A stretch of DNA of 64,000 nt from Deltaproteobacteria bacterium (GCA_020848905.1 JADLHG010000054.1:1-64000); one strand, 5' to 3'; shown: positions 9,565-19,490, counted from the first letter of the stretch. Numbers and translations are program-made. The notes: a model not told the origin generated them from the letters alone.

Positions 9565-12500
9565 ATGGGGAAGCCGCTCCGAGCCTTGATCGTCGAGGAT
9601 GTAGAGAAGGATGCGTTGCTCCTCGTCCGGGAACTCAAGCGCGGGGGCTACGATGTCACGTTCGAGCGTGTGGACACCGCCGACGCAATGGGGGACGCTC
9701 TGGCGCGCCGCACCTGGGATGTCGTGCTTTCGGATTACTCGATGCCCACCTTCAGCGCCCCGCAGGCTCTGGCGGTCGTCAAGGCGCACTCGCTCGACCT
9801 GCCCTTCATAATCGTTTCTGGCACGGTGAATGAAGACATCGCCGTGGCGGCCATCCATGCTGGAGCGCATGACTTCATGGCCAAGAACAAGCTCCAGCGC
9901 CTCATTCCGGCCATCGAACGGGAGCGGCGTAATGCCGCCATGCGAGCCGAGCAGGCCACCATGCAACAGCAGCTCCTCCAGTCCCAGAGGATGGAGGCCA
10001 TGGGTCAGCTCGCGGGTGGGATTGCCCACGACTTCAACAACATCCTCGCCGTGATCTTGTCGTACGCCACCTTCGTGCGGGACGCACTGCCCGAGGGGGA
10101 CGAGCGACGTGCGGATGTGGTCGAGGTGCTGAAGGGCGCCGACCGCGCGGCGGGACTCACGCGCCAGCTCCTCGCCTTCTGCCGGCAGCAGCCGGCGGCC
10201 GCGCGGCCCACGGACCTGAACGAGAGTCTCACGCAGCTTCACAAGCTCCTTGTCCGGACCCTTGGCGACGACATCGCACTGAGCGTGCTCCCTTCTGCGC
10301 GACCCGCCGTCGTGCGCATCGATCCGGTGCAATTCGATCAGATCGTCCTGAACCTGGCGGTCAACGCGCGAGACGCGATGCCTGGAGGCGGAGAGCTGCG
10401 CATCGTCGTGCGTAATGACCAGGACGAGGAGGCGAGGCCGGTTGTGCGTCTCAGCGTTTCGGACACGGGCACCGGGATGGACGAGGCGACGCAGCGACGC
10501 ATTTTCGAGCCCTTCTTCACGACCAAGGAGCGCGGCAAGGGAACAGGCCTTGGGCTCGCCACGTGCTTCGCGATCGTCGAGAAGGTGGGAGGGCGGATAC
10601 GCGTCGAGAGTGCACCGGGACGAGGTAGCCAGTTCACCGTGGATCTGCCTCTCTGCGACGAGCCAGCGCATGACCAGGGGCGGGACTGGGACATCCCACT
10701 ACCCGCGAGTGGGGAGGCGGTGCTCGTAGTGGAAGACGAGCCGTCACTTAGGCGCGCGACGGCGCGCGTCCTCGAGCGCGCAGGCTACCGGGTGCAGGTG
10801 GCCTCCGACAGCTTGGAGGCGATGCGGCGGATCGATGCCCTCGGGGATCGTTTGCGCGTCGTCGTCACCGATGTGGTGATGCCGGGGGCGAGCGGCGTCG
10901 ACGTGGCCGCATACGTGGCGCGCACGGCGCCGCATTGCCGCGTCATCTTGACCTCGGGATACTTGACGGACGCGGTACATCGGCGCCAGCCCGAGGAGCT
11001 GCCCATGCTCTGGAAGCCCGTCCCACCGCGTGACCTCCTGAGGGCCGTCGCTCAGGCAATCTCCGAAGGCACGGCATCCGAACGAACGCGGTCCACGGAG
11101 TCACCGGCGAGCCGCCCTGGCGAGCTCGTTCTCGTGATCGACTGCGACGCTCCGTCACGGCGCGCGATTGTGAGCGCTCTCAACACCGCAGGGTACCGTG
11201 CGCTCGAGGCAGAGGCTGTTGCTACTGCTCGGGCCCTGGTCGAGGGCGGCGCGGAGCCAATGTGGATTCTGTGCGAGCAGGGGCTCCTGCATGGCGACGG
11301 GGAGGCGCAGTTTCTCCGGTGGATCGAGGTAGACCGGCCAAACCTCATCGAGCGCGTACTGATCCTGTCCGACCGAGCGACGAACGACGGGTGCTCGCAC
11401 GGGGTCCGATGGCGAGAGGATCTTGTGATCTCCAAGCCCGTGGACGTGAGCGAGTTGCTTTGGCGGTTGGTGCGGACTTCGGCCGACGCGCCGTCGAGGA
11501 CGGAGATAGGCGTCCCATTCGGGAGCTCCGGTGACCTGGCGCAGCAAGCGCGCGCGGGTGGAACGCTACGGCGCAGCGATGCAACGGGAGACAACGAGGG
11601 GGGTCGGGGACACCTGCGCGAGTCCGTTCTCGTGGTGGAGGACGACGAGTCTCTTGCTGGCGCTGTATCTCGTCTCCTCGGTGGCGCGGGTTACGAAGTT
11701 CTCGTCGCCGGGTTGCTGGCCGATGCGCGTAGCGCGCTGGCGGCCAAAGAGTTCGACGTCCTAGTCGTTGATCTTGGGCTGCCGGACGGTGGCGGCCTCG
11801 ACCTGGTTCGTGAGTTGCGCGGCGGGCGGTCGGACGTCCCCATCGTGCTGATGACGGCATCGCCGTCGGTGGATTCGGCTGCTGAGGCAATCCGGTGGCG
11901 GGTCAGCGAGTACCTCCCCAAACCCTTTCCGCCGGACGATCTGCTTCGTGTGGTACGCACGACCGTGGACGGCGGACGCATGGCGCGCGTGCGGAACAAG
12001 CTTCTTGCGGCACGCTTTGGCGGCAACGAGTTCGTGGCGGACCTGCGCGGCACCGAGCAGGCTTTCTTGCGAGCCCTACCGAAGATCTGGATCGCCTACC
12101 AGCCCATCGTACGAGGAGGTGATGGGTCCCTCTTCGGCTACGAGGCGCTCCTCCGCTGCCACGAACCGGATCTGGCCTCTCCCTTGCGGCTGTTTGCAGC
12201 GGCCGAGGTGCTGGGACGGGTCCACGAGGTCGGGCGTGCCGTCCGTGCCGTCGTGGCCTCGACGATGCTCGAACACCGCGAACGCCTGGAGGCCATTTTT
12301 GTCAACGTGCATCCGTCGGAGCTGCGGGCGGACGTCCTGGCTGACAGCGCCGAGGCCCTCCTGCCCCTGGCACGCCGTGTGGTGCTCGAGGTGACCGAGC
12401 GAGCGTCGCTCGACCGGGGCGCGAAGCTCGACGAGGAGCTCGCCCACATCCGAGGTCGCGGTTACCGCCTGGCGGTGGACGACCTCGGCGAGGGCTACGC

Positions 12501-12798
12501 GGGCCTTTCCAGCGTGGCTACCCTCCGGCCGGACATGGTGAAGATCGACATGTCGCTCGTGCGAGACGTCCATCGCGCGGCTCTCAAGCGGGACATTATC
12601 GCTGGGCTCGTCGACACCGCGCGGCGGGCAGGGATCGTGGTGGTCGCCGAGGGCGTCGAGACCGTGGACGAGCGCGACACCCTCGTGACGCTCGGCTGTG
12701 ACCTCCTACAGGGGTATCTGTTCGCCAAGCCGGGGCCAGCATTTCCCGTTCCACGTACGAACTTCAGATCGGATCCTGCCGCGGCATCTGAAGGCTGA
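9565..12798 (+). CDS. multidomain REC-HisKA-HATPase-REC-pseudoREC-REC-EAL signalling protein (c-di-GMP phosphodiesterase output)
   Basis: N-terminal REC. H-box AHDFNN and ATPase boxes (DTGTGMD, GTGLGLA). Three further receiver-like domains, the middle one lacking the phospho-acceptor Asp. C-terminal EAL domain with QPIV, ExLxR, EVTE, DDLGEGYAG, KIDMS, EGVET and QGYLF motifs. GAGGAG Shine-Dalgarno upstream. Starts 4 nt after the response-regulator stop. Confidence 0.85.
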   Translation: MGKPLRALIVEDVEKDALLLVRELKRGGYDVTFERVDTADAMGDALARRTWDVVLSDYSMPTFSAPQALAVVKAHSLDLPFIIVSGTVNEDIAVAAIHAGAHDFMAKNKLQRLIPAIERERRNAAMRAEQATMQQQLLQSQRMEAMGQLAGGIAHDFNNILAVILSYATFVRDALPEGDERRADVVEVLKGADRAAGLTRQLLAFCRQQPAAARPTDLNESLTQLHKLLVRTLGDDIALSVLPSARPAVVRIDPVQFDQIVLNLAVNARDAMPGGGELRIVVRNDQDEEARPVVRLSVSDTGTGMDEATQRRIFEPFFTTKERGKGTGLGLATCFAIVEKVGGRIRVESAPGRGSQFTVDLPLCDEPAHDQGRDWDIPLPASGEAVLVVEDEPSLRRATARVLERAGYRVQVASDSLEAMRRIDALGDRLRVVVTDVVMPGASGVDVAAYVARTAPHCRVILTSGYLTDAVHRRQPEELPMLWKPVPPRDLLRAVAQAISEGTASERTRSTESPASRPGELVLVIDCDAPSRRAIVSALNTAGYRALEAEAVATARALVEGGAEPMWILCEQGLLHGDGEAQFLRWIEVDRPNLIERVLILSDRATNDGCSHGVRWREDLVISKPVDVSELLWRLVRTSADAPSRTEIGVPFGSSGDLAQQARAGGTLRRSDATGDNEGGRGHLRESVLVVEDDESLAGAVSRLLGGAGYEVLVAGLLADARSALAAKEFDVLVVDLGLPDGGGLDLVRELRGGRSDVPIVLMTASPSVDSAAEAIRWRVSEYLPKPFPPDDLLRVVRTTVDGGRMARVRNKLLAARFGGNEFVADLRGTEQAFLRALPKIWIAYQPIVRGGDGSLFGYEALLRCHEPDLASPLRLFAAAEVLGRVHEVGRAVRAVVASTMLEHRERLEAIFVNVHPSELRADVLADSAEALLPLARRVVLEVTERASLDRGAKLDEELAHIRGRGYRLAVDDLGEGYAGLSSVATLRPDMVKIDMSLVRDVHRAALKRDIIAGLVDTARRAGIVVVAEGVETVDERDTLVTLGCDLLQGYLFAKPGPAFPVPRTNFRSDPAAASEG

Positions 12799-13072
12799 GA
12801 GGCGCCGAAGCCGAGCGGCGTCCGTGAGGCTCCCGGAGGCGGATCTACTAGGTCATCCAGAGCCGAACTACCGGAAGCGCGCCCATTGCGTCGCCGCCGG
12901 TGTGGCCGTCAGGGTGAACGACGTAGGCTAGAATGACGTGGTGACATCGCGCCCGGCGCGAGGCGACCGGAGCAGGTCGCGAGGTCGCGCCGCAATAGGC
13001 GCTCCAACCCGGTCGGCGTTCTAGGTCCGGAGGAAGGGGAGGCTGGACTGGAGAGGGATCGAGGGACGGCGC

Positions 13073-16039
13073 CTACTTCTTCTCGCGCGGATAGGGCGGC
13101 TTGTACGGCCTGGAGATGGCGTGCACCTTGTCCGCCGCGAACTGCCGATCGACGCCGTGGCAGGAGGCGCAGGTCTCCTTCTCGTCACCGCTGTAGGGCT
13201 CCGCCGGCGTCGGATCGAAGGTGTTGAGCATGCCGTGCAAGATCGCGCTATCCCGGTCGTGGCAGGACAGGCACGCGAGGCGGCTCGGACGCTGCTTCCA
13301 GTAGTCGGCCTTGGCGTGGCAGGTGGTGCAGTTGCGGATGTCCTGAGGGAAGATGCGCGCGGCGAAGTTGACCGTCGGGTTGTAGGCGGGGGCCACCTCC
13401 AGCGGCTTGTCGAGGTAGTGTCCGTAGTGGACGCCGTGGACGCGGCGCGAGAGGGGCGCTGCGCCGAACCCGTTGTTCGAGTCGGAGTTCTTGGCCCACC
13501 CGGACCTGCCCTTGAGCTGCCGATCGTAGTCGTGGCAGGAGCGACACAAATCCGTGTCGAACTTCACGGCCCAGTAGTTCTCGTGGATCGCGGTGTTTGC
13601 GTGGCAGGAGGAGCAGTTCGTCGCGTTGTACTCATCGACGGCCTTTGTCCCCACCTGGAAGTTCAGCTTCGCCACACCGCCGCAGACGTGGCCGTCGGGG
13701 CAGGTGATGCCCGAGGGGACCATCTCCACGAAGGCGGTGTACGTGCCGGGGGCCAATCCCTTGACGTCATCGAGCTGGTACTCGACGAATCCGTTGGCAC
13801 CGGGGGTGCGCTTGACCTTGGGATCGTCGTCGCGCGGGTCGGCGGGGACGTTGAGATGGTTCGCCGGATAGGAGTCGGTCTCCACCGGCACCGCGATGCC
13901 CGCGGGAAACTCGAGCGCCGACCCCACGGTGCTGGCGAGGACCTCGACCGAGGAGGTCGCTCCTCTCGAGTTGCTCTTGATGGTCAGCGTCGGAGCGGCG
14001 CTGGACCCGGAGGCCGACGCCGTCGCCACGGCCTTGAACGTGGCGTTGGCGTTGAGCCAGGCCGCAGCCTCCGCCGCGGTCGCGGCCGCGAGGTTGGCAA
14101 AGGTCCCGGAGGAGATGGGGATGATGATGGCGGCCCCGCCGTCGATCTTTACCCGCAGGTCTGTCGTAGTGGAGAGACTCCAGGGGCCAGCCTTCTTGCA
14201 GGTGACCGCCGCGCGAATCATCGCCTCGCCTCGAGCCGCCGTGGTCAAGACCGGCATCGCCTGCTGCGAGCGTGGACCGCTGACGAAGAGGTTGAAGCGG
14301 AGCCAGGCGGGCGGCTTGATGGCGGTCGGGTCCGCGATCACTCCCTTGCTGTCCTTGAGCACGATCTTCACCGTCGGAGCCTCGCCCCCCACGTAATGCG
14401 TGCCGTTCGCCGGCGGCGTCATGCTGAGCTCGGCGGTAGGCTGGACGAGCGGCTCGATCTCGTGTGACTTCGCCACGGGCACGGTGCCGTTCGGGCCGTG
14501 GCAGTTCGCGCACGTGCCGTCGGTCTGCTTCCCGCCCAGGTGCACCGCGAGCTGGCACATCCCTGTCGTCGCGTTGCACGTGGATTCCTTGTTGAAGTCC
14601 GCGACGCAATCCGTGCTCTCCTTGCACTTGCCGGCCTTGGGACGTCCCTGTACGCGCGGTGGCGAGAGCACGCCGCTGGCTGCATCGAGGTTGTCGTGGC
14701 AGCTCGCGCAGGCCTGCGTCGAGGGCTTGGTCTTCCACGAGTCGTCGAGGTGGCACTTGGTGCAGTTGCGAGGATTGGCCGGAAAGCGGACGCCCGGGTT
14801 AGAGCCCACGCCGCCCTTGGCCTGGGAGGTGTAATCCCGGAAGTCACCCGTCACGGGATCGATGTTGAAGAGGCTGCTGAGGCCCCTCGTGGGCTCGCAC
14901 ACGTGGGCGGTTCCGGGTGCCCCGCAGCCCCCGCCCATGTGGACGCCGTGTACGCGCCGCACGATCGCGTCGGAGACTCGGTTTGTCGACTGGCAGGGGC
15001 TCTCACCCTGCTTGCCGCAGTAGGCGGCGTAGCCGTCCTGGTTGTGGCAGTTCTTGCAAGTGCGGACAGGATCGGAGTCGATGGCGTAGTTTCCGACGGC
15101 AGCGCCCTCGCGATCGATGTGGTGGAGGTAGGTCATGCCGCTGAGGGCGCCCTTGTGGCAATCGGCGCAGTTGCCGACGATCTCCTTCTCCACCGCGGCG
15201 GCGCCGAGCTGGAGCTCCTGAACCGGGAAGGCCTGGTCGATGGGAAAGTCCTTCGAGATCGCCCAGAAGCTCACCAGGTACGTCCCCGGCTCCTCGGTCG
15301 TGACGGGCTCGAGAGTGTAGGTCAGGACGTTCCCCTTCACCGCGAGGTTGGTCTTCACCGGCTTCTCGCAGGTGGTGGTGCCGCCCGCGGTGGCGCAGGT
15401 CCAGTCGGTTCCGCCCTTGGCGTCGGTCGCGGTCGAGGTGCACGTGTGCTTCGCCGCCGAAACGCTGCACTTCCAGGAATACGCGCCGCCCGGGGTGGGG
15501 AGTGCGGTGAGATCGACGAAGTGATGCTCGGTCGCGGTGCGCGCGGCGCTCACGTTGAGCAGCTTGGACGCCGTCTTCGCCTTCAGCGCGCTGTTCGGAC
15601 CCACCATCATGAGGCGGGCCTGGCTCAGGCCCTCGCGAGGAATCGGAGCGCCGGCCTCGTCGGTGACCGTGATGGTGATGACCGGCCTGTCACCGGGGAC
15701 GAAGTGCGTGCTGTTCGAGGGCTTGGAGACCTCGAGCTTGACCCGCAGCCCGGGGCTGAATCCGGCATTCATGCCATTGGTGCCGTTCGTCCCTGGCGCG
15801 CCGGCGGCGCCGGGGTCGCCCTTGGTCCCGGCGGCGCCGGGGTCACCCTTGGTCCCAGCGGCGCCGGGGTCGCCCTTTTCTCCGGACGTACCGGGCTCGC
15901 CCTTGGCGCCGGGCTCCCCCTTGCTACCGTCGCAGCTCCCGAGGAGACCGATCAACCCGGCCAGCAACACGACCCGGGCGGGCCCGGCCGCCGACCGCTT
16001 GTAGAACGCCAACAGTCCATCGGCCAAAGCTCTCGTCAT
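13073..16039 (-). CDS. lipoprotein decaheme c-type cytochrome with N-terminal collagen-like Gly-X-Y repeat
   Basis: Signal peptide with lipobox LLGSC. About 15 consecutive G-X-Y triplets (GEPGAKGEPGTSGEKGDPGAAGTKGDPGAAG...). Ten CXXCH heme-binding motifs: CADCH, CKNCH, CTKCH, CASCH, CANCH, CSSCH, CRSCH, CTTCH, CLSCH, CASCH. GGAGAG upstream of ATG 16039. Confidence 0.8.
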   Translation of the reverse strand: MTRALADGLLAFYKRSAAGPARVVLLAGLIGLLGSCDGSKGEPGAKGEPGTSGEKGDPGAAGTKGDPGAAGTKGDPGAAGAPGTNGTNGMNAGFSPGLRVKLEVSKPSNSTHFVPGDRPVITITVTDEAGAPIPREGLSQARLMMVGPNSALKAKTASKLLNVSAARTATEHHFVDLTALPTPGGAYSWKCSVSAAKHTCTSTATDAKGGTDWTCATAGGTTTCEKPVKTNLAVKGNVLTYTLEPVTTEEPGTYLVSFWAISKDFPIDQAFPVQELQLGAAAVEKEIVGNCADCHKGALSGMTYLHHIDREGAAVGNYAIDSDPVRTCKNCHNQDGYAAYCGKQGESPCQSTNRVSDAIVRRVHGVHMGGGCGAPGTAHVCEPTRGLSSLFNIDPVTGDFRDYTSQAKGGVGSNPGVRFPANPRNCTKCHLDDSWKTKPSTQACASCHDNLDAASGVLSPPRVQGRPKAGKCKESTDCVADFNKESTCNATTGMCQLAVHLGGKQTDGTCANCHGPNGTVPVAKSHEIEPLVQPTAELSMTPPANGTHYVGGEAPTVKIVLKDSKGVIADPTAIKPPAWLRFNLFVSGPRSQQAMPVLTTAARGEAMIRAAVTCKKAGPWSLSTTTDLRVKIDGGAAIIIPISSGTFANLAAATAAEAAAWLNANATFKAVATASASGSSAAPTLTIKSNSRGATSSVEVLASTVGSALEFPAGIAVPVETDSYPANHLNVPADPRDDDPKVKRTPGANGFVEYQLDDVKGLAPGTYTAFVEMVPSGITCPDGHVCGGVAKLNFQVGTKAVDEYNATNCSSCHANTAIHENYWAVKFDTDLCRSCHDYDRQLKGRSGWAKNSDSNNGFGAAPLSRRVHGVHYGHYLDKPLEVAPAYNPTVNFAARIFPQDIRNCTTCHAKADYWKQRPSRLACLSCHDRDSAILHGMLNTFDPTPAEPYSGDEKETCASCHGVDRQFAADKVHAISRPYKPPYPREKK
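15790..15930 (-). repeat. near-perfect tandem nucleotide repeats encoding the collagen-like G-X-Y tract
   Basis: Unit gcggcgccggggtc(a/g)cccttggtccc occurs three times in tandem on the plus strand. Confidence 0.6.
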
Positions 16040-16087
16040 CGTCAACTCTCCGGGGATAAGGGATGGGGTGGTGCGCGCCCGGCCTAA

Positions 16088-16103
16088 GCAGCTTGCGTGC
16101 CAA
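16088..16103 (-). promoter_or_regulatory. candidate sigma54 (-24/-12) promoter for the decaheme cytochrome gene
   Basis: Minus-strand TTGGCACGCAAGCTGC has GG and GC at the consensus spacing of TGGCACG-N4-TTGCW. It lies about 50 nt upstream of ATG 16039 and next to a sigma54 activator gene. Confidence 0.4.
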
Positions 16104-16271
16104 TGCCGCAGCCTGCGATATCGCTGAGGAACGAGCAGCCGCGGGGCCGAGATGTCGCACGGCACCGGCGTAGCCGGAGTAGGCGCGCCAAAAATATTAT
16201 TCTTTATCGCGGCGTTAACTTGCAGCCGAAATGTCGGCCGCCTCCGGGCGAAAGGTCGGCCCCCTGGCGGC

Positions 16272-17870
16272 CTACCGGGTCCGCTTTAACTTGCTCTGCA
16301 GGGTGCTGCGCGGCACGCCGAGGATCTTCGCGGCGCGATGCAAGTTGCCGCCGGCCTTCTCCTGCGCCCAGTCGAGCACCGCCTGCTGGAACTGCTCCGT
16401 GAGCTGCGGTAGCTCGACAGAGGCCGCCTGGTCGAGGTGGAGTGCAAACGGGAGGGGTTGCTCGTCGGGGGTCTCCCCCCGCAAGTACTCGGGGAGGAAG
16501 GTCGGCGTCACGTCCGGCCCCGGGCAAAGGACGAGGGCCGACTCCATGGCGCGGCGCAGCTCCCTCACGTTTCCAGGCCAGGGATGACGCTGGAGGAGGT
16601 CTGCGGCACCCACCGAGAGGCGCTTCTTCGGCTGCCCCTCGGTGGTCGCCAACAGCGCGAGGAAGTGCGTGGCCAGCAGCACGATGTCCTCGCCGCGCTC
16701 GCGTAGCGGCGGCATATGGAGCCTGAGCCCGTTGAGCCGGTAATACAGGTCGTCGCGGAACCGCTGAGTCCTCACGTGGCCCAGCGATAGATCCGCCTTG
16801 GTGGTCGCCAGCACCCGGACATCCACGGCGATCTCGTCGGTGCCGCCCACCCGAGCGAAGCGGCCCTCCTGAAGCACGCGCAACAGCTTCGCTTGCAGCT
16901 CGATCGGCAAGTCGTCGATGTCGTCGAGGAGCAGCGTTCCTCCGTGGGCTCGTTCGAAGCATCCACGGCGGGACTGCGTGGCGCCGGTGAAGGCGCCTTT
17001 CTCGTGCCCGAGCAACTCGCTCTCGGCGAGCTCTCTCGGGATGGCGCCGCACGCGACCACGACGAAGGGTTCCTGTCGCCGCGGTCCCTGAAGATGCAGG
17101 GCACGAGCCGCCATCTCCTTGCCCGTTCCGGTCTCGCCGACGATGAGGACTGGCGCGGACGCCTTGGCGAAGATGGCGAGGCGCTCATGGACCTTTTGCA
17201 TGGCGGCCGACCTGCCGATCAGCCCCGAGCCACCACCCTCCGCGCTACCCACCAGCGCCTTGAGCGAGGAGAGCTCGCGCCGTGCCGTCGATAGCTCGCG
17301 CAACTGTGCGAGCCGCACCTCGAGCTCCATCGTCCGTTCCGCCACCTTCCGCTCGAGACCGTCTTTGAGGGCTCGCAGCTCCACCTCGAGGCGTTTGCGC
17401 GCAGTGATGTCCCGGACGAAGTGAACGAAGACTGGACGTCCTTCTGCCGTGACGAGTTCGACGGGGTAGACCAGAGACTCCACCCAGCTCCCGGTTCGCG
17501 CGTCGAAGAACTCTCGCTCGGCAGGCCCGCCTTCGGCCACGGACGCCTCGAGGGGGCAGCCCGGAAAGGGCTCGTTGAGCCCGTGCACCTCCCTGGGGCA
17601 ATAGCAGCCGAGCAGCTCCCGGGAGCTGCGCTTGAGGTCTCTCTGCATGGCGCGGTTGCTGGCGAGCACCCTGTGGGCGGAGTCCAGGACCAGCACGTAG
17701 AAGGGCAACGCGTCCAGCAGCGGCTGCAGCAACTCGAGCGCCGCCGGCGGTAGCGGGAGCCCGGGACTCGGGTGTGCGCCGTCGTCGCCTGCTGCCGGCG
17801 CGCGCTGATCAGGTTTAGTCTGCACCGGGTTCGTGACGTTGAGTCTCGCATGAGGGGCCTCGTCCCGCAA
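16272..17870 (-). CDS. sigma54-dependent transcriptional activator (PAS - AAA+ sigma54-interaction - Fis-type HTH)
   Basis: Walker A GETGTGKE, GAFTGA motif, and C-terminal HTH (ILGVPRSTLQSKLK). Track ORF starts with TTG at 17870 and has no nearby in-frame ATG. Confidence 0.85.
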   Translation of the reverse strand: MRDEAPHARLNVTNPVQTKPDQRAPAAGDDGAHPSPGLPLPPAALELLQPLLDALPFYVLVLDSAHRVLASNRAMQRDLKRSSRELLGCYCPREVHGLNEPFPGCPLEASVAEGGPAEREFFDARTGSWVESLVYPVELVTAEGRPVFVHFVRDITARKRLEVELRALKDGLERKVAERTMELEVRLAQLRELSTARRELSSLKALVGSAEGGGSGLIGRSAAMQKVHERLAIFAKASAPVLIVGETGTGKEMAARALHLQGPRRQEPFVVVACGAIPRELAESELLGHEKGAFTGATQSRRGCFERAHGGTLLLDDIDDLPIELQAKLLRVLQEGRFARVGGTDEIAVDVRVLATTKADLSLGHVRTQRFRDDLYYRLNGLRLHMPPLRERGEDIVLLATHFLALLATTEGQPKKRLSVGAADLLQRHPWPGNVRELRRAMESALVLCPGPDVTPTFLPEYLRGETPDEQPLPFALHLDQAASVELPQLTEQFQQAVLDWAQEKAGGNLHRAAKILGVPRSTLQSKLKRTR

Positions 17871-18879
17871 TCGCGGCCCTGGCGCGCGTCGGGGCGGTCG
17901 ACAGCTTCTTCACTGGATCCTCCCGAGAGAGGTGCGGCCGTTCCTCGGGCCTCAGGTCGAGCTTGGCGAGCCGGCCCTCGCAGAAGGGGGACCGTGCCCC
18001 TGTCGTGGACCGCGCGCTGGAGGTCGTAGGCGCCGATGTAGTTGCTTGCCGAAGACCGCGCGCGGGTTCGTGTCGGTCAGCTCGACGGGCGTCCGGGTTA
18101 CGCCTACAGAGGACGCGTTCGGCAAGGCGTCCCGCAGGCGGCGAGCTCGTGAACCGAACGGCTCAAGTCCACGTCACAGGCCGCGAGTCGCGGGCTTGTT
18201 CGATGCCGAGCCGCGTGTCATGCTCCGGGCCTACAGGTGCTGGTGCTCACTCGCCTACCCAGAAGTCGTTCTCCGCGACGGTGTCACGAGGACTCCTGCG
18301 CGAGCCCCTTGCTCTTGGCGGGTTTGCTCGCCGCGCTGCAGGCCGGACTGGTGCCCGAGTCATTGCTGTCCGAGCTTCGCCCTGGACGGGGAGGCGCTGG
18401 TGCCGGGTCATCCTCGCCTGGCGACGCCCCGCAGCAGCTCGCGGGCGTGCTGCCTGGCCATGGTCTCTCCGCTCGAGTGACGAACTCCGTCGGCGTTCGA
18501 CAGCACTCCGCCGCAGCGGCGTGGGCCGTCCCGCATGCGGCCATCCATACGACGCTCAGGCATGCGGCGGCCTGTCTGCACTCGACCATCCACGTGGCGC
18601 GGAGGGGTGCCCCTCCGCGACCGAGAGTCGCCCATTCCGCAAGCACCCCTCGCGGCCCTCCCTGCCAGTCCTAGCCGCTGAAGCGAGGTCAGTGTCGGTT
18701 CGCTCGGCTTACTGACAATCGCCGACGGAGTAGTCGGCGCTACGTCTCCACAACGACGCTGACGCCGCTGCCGCACCGGACCGCGCGGCGCTTGAAGGAA
18801 CCGCCTCGTTCTTTCTTTGTTTCGTCTCGAAGCGGTGCTGTGCAAATGTGAGGCAGAGAACCCTCAAGGGAGTACCCAA

Positions 18880-19035
18880 ATGGCGATCGGGTTGCAGGCA
18901 CTAATCACCACCCTCTTGCTTCTCAAGCGAACGTGCCCAAAGTGCGGGCGGGAGCAGGTGGTGTCGGTAAGTAGGCGAAAGGCAACGATACCGTGCAGGG
19001 CCTGCGGCGGTCCCGTCCCGCCACCCAAGCGCTGA
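18880..19035 (+). CDS. small zinc-ribbon protein (CPKC...CRAC), speculative
   Basis: 51-aa ORF with two CxxC pairs and AAGGGAG 8 nt upstream. Sits in a lower-GC stretch with no other convincing ORF. Confidence 0.3.
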   Translation: MAIGLQALITTLLLLKRTCPKCGREQVVSVSRRKATIPCRACGGPVPPPKR

Positions 19036-19490
19036 GGCGGGAGGCGGGATTGCCAGAAGCATCCGACGCAGCGACCTCGAATCAGGGCGGTCGGCCCTCG
19101 CCACCCCCTTCGGACGAGAAGACACCGGGGCGAGCGTTCGGCGGGACCGGCCCCGGTCAGAGCACCGACCGGCGCGACGCCAACGGACCACGACGCCGAT
19201 GGCTGACGCTTCTCGTCTGGACGAGCACCCTTGCGTTCAGCGGCGCCGTCGCGTTCTCGCACCACTGGCTCGCCGACCTCATCTTGGCGCTGCTTCCCCT
19301 CGCTCTCATGTTGGTCCTCAGCGTCTTCGGTGTCGTCACGTTGTTGCGCGGGAGGTAGCGATGGGCCTTCTCGATCTCATGGTCCCCGGGCGAGACGACG
19401 TCACATCGCGCGCGTTGTCGGGTGAGACAGGGCCGCGCGACTGGGGCGACCAGGTCAGGATCTGAGCTCGGTCCCAGCAGGAGAGGGCGC

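Noticed and set aside
15790-15930. Possible CRISPR-like repeat array
   Set aside because: Repeats are contiguous without spacers and encode Gly-X-Y inside a gene. No CRISPR array was seen anywhere in the window.
13121-16087. Plus-strand ORFs of 448 and 529 aa inside the cytochrome locus
   Set aside because: Antisense to the CXXCH-rich minus-strand gene. No motifs, and Arg/Gly/Ala bias.
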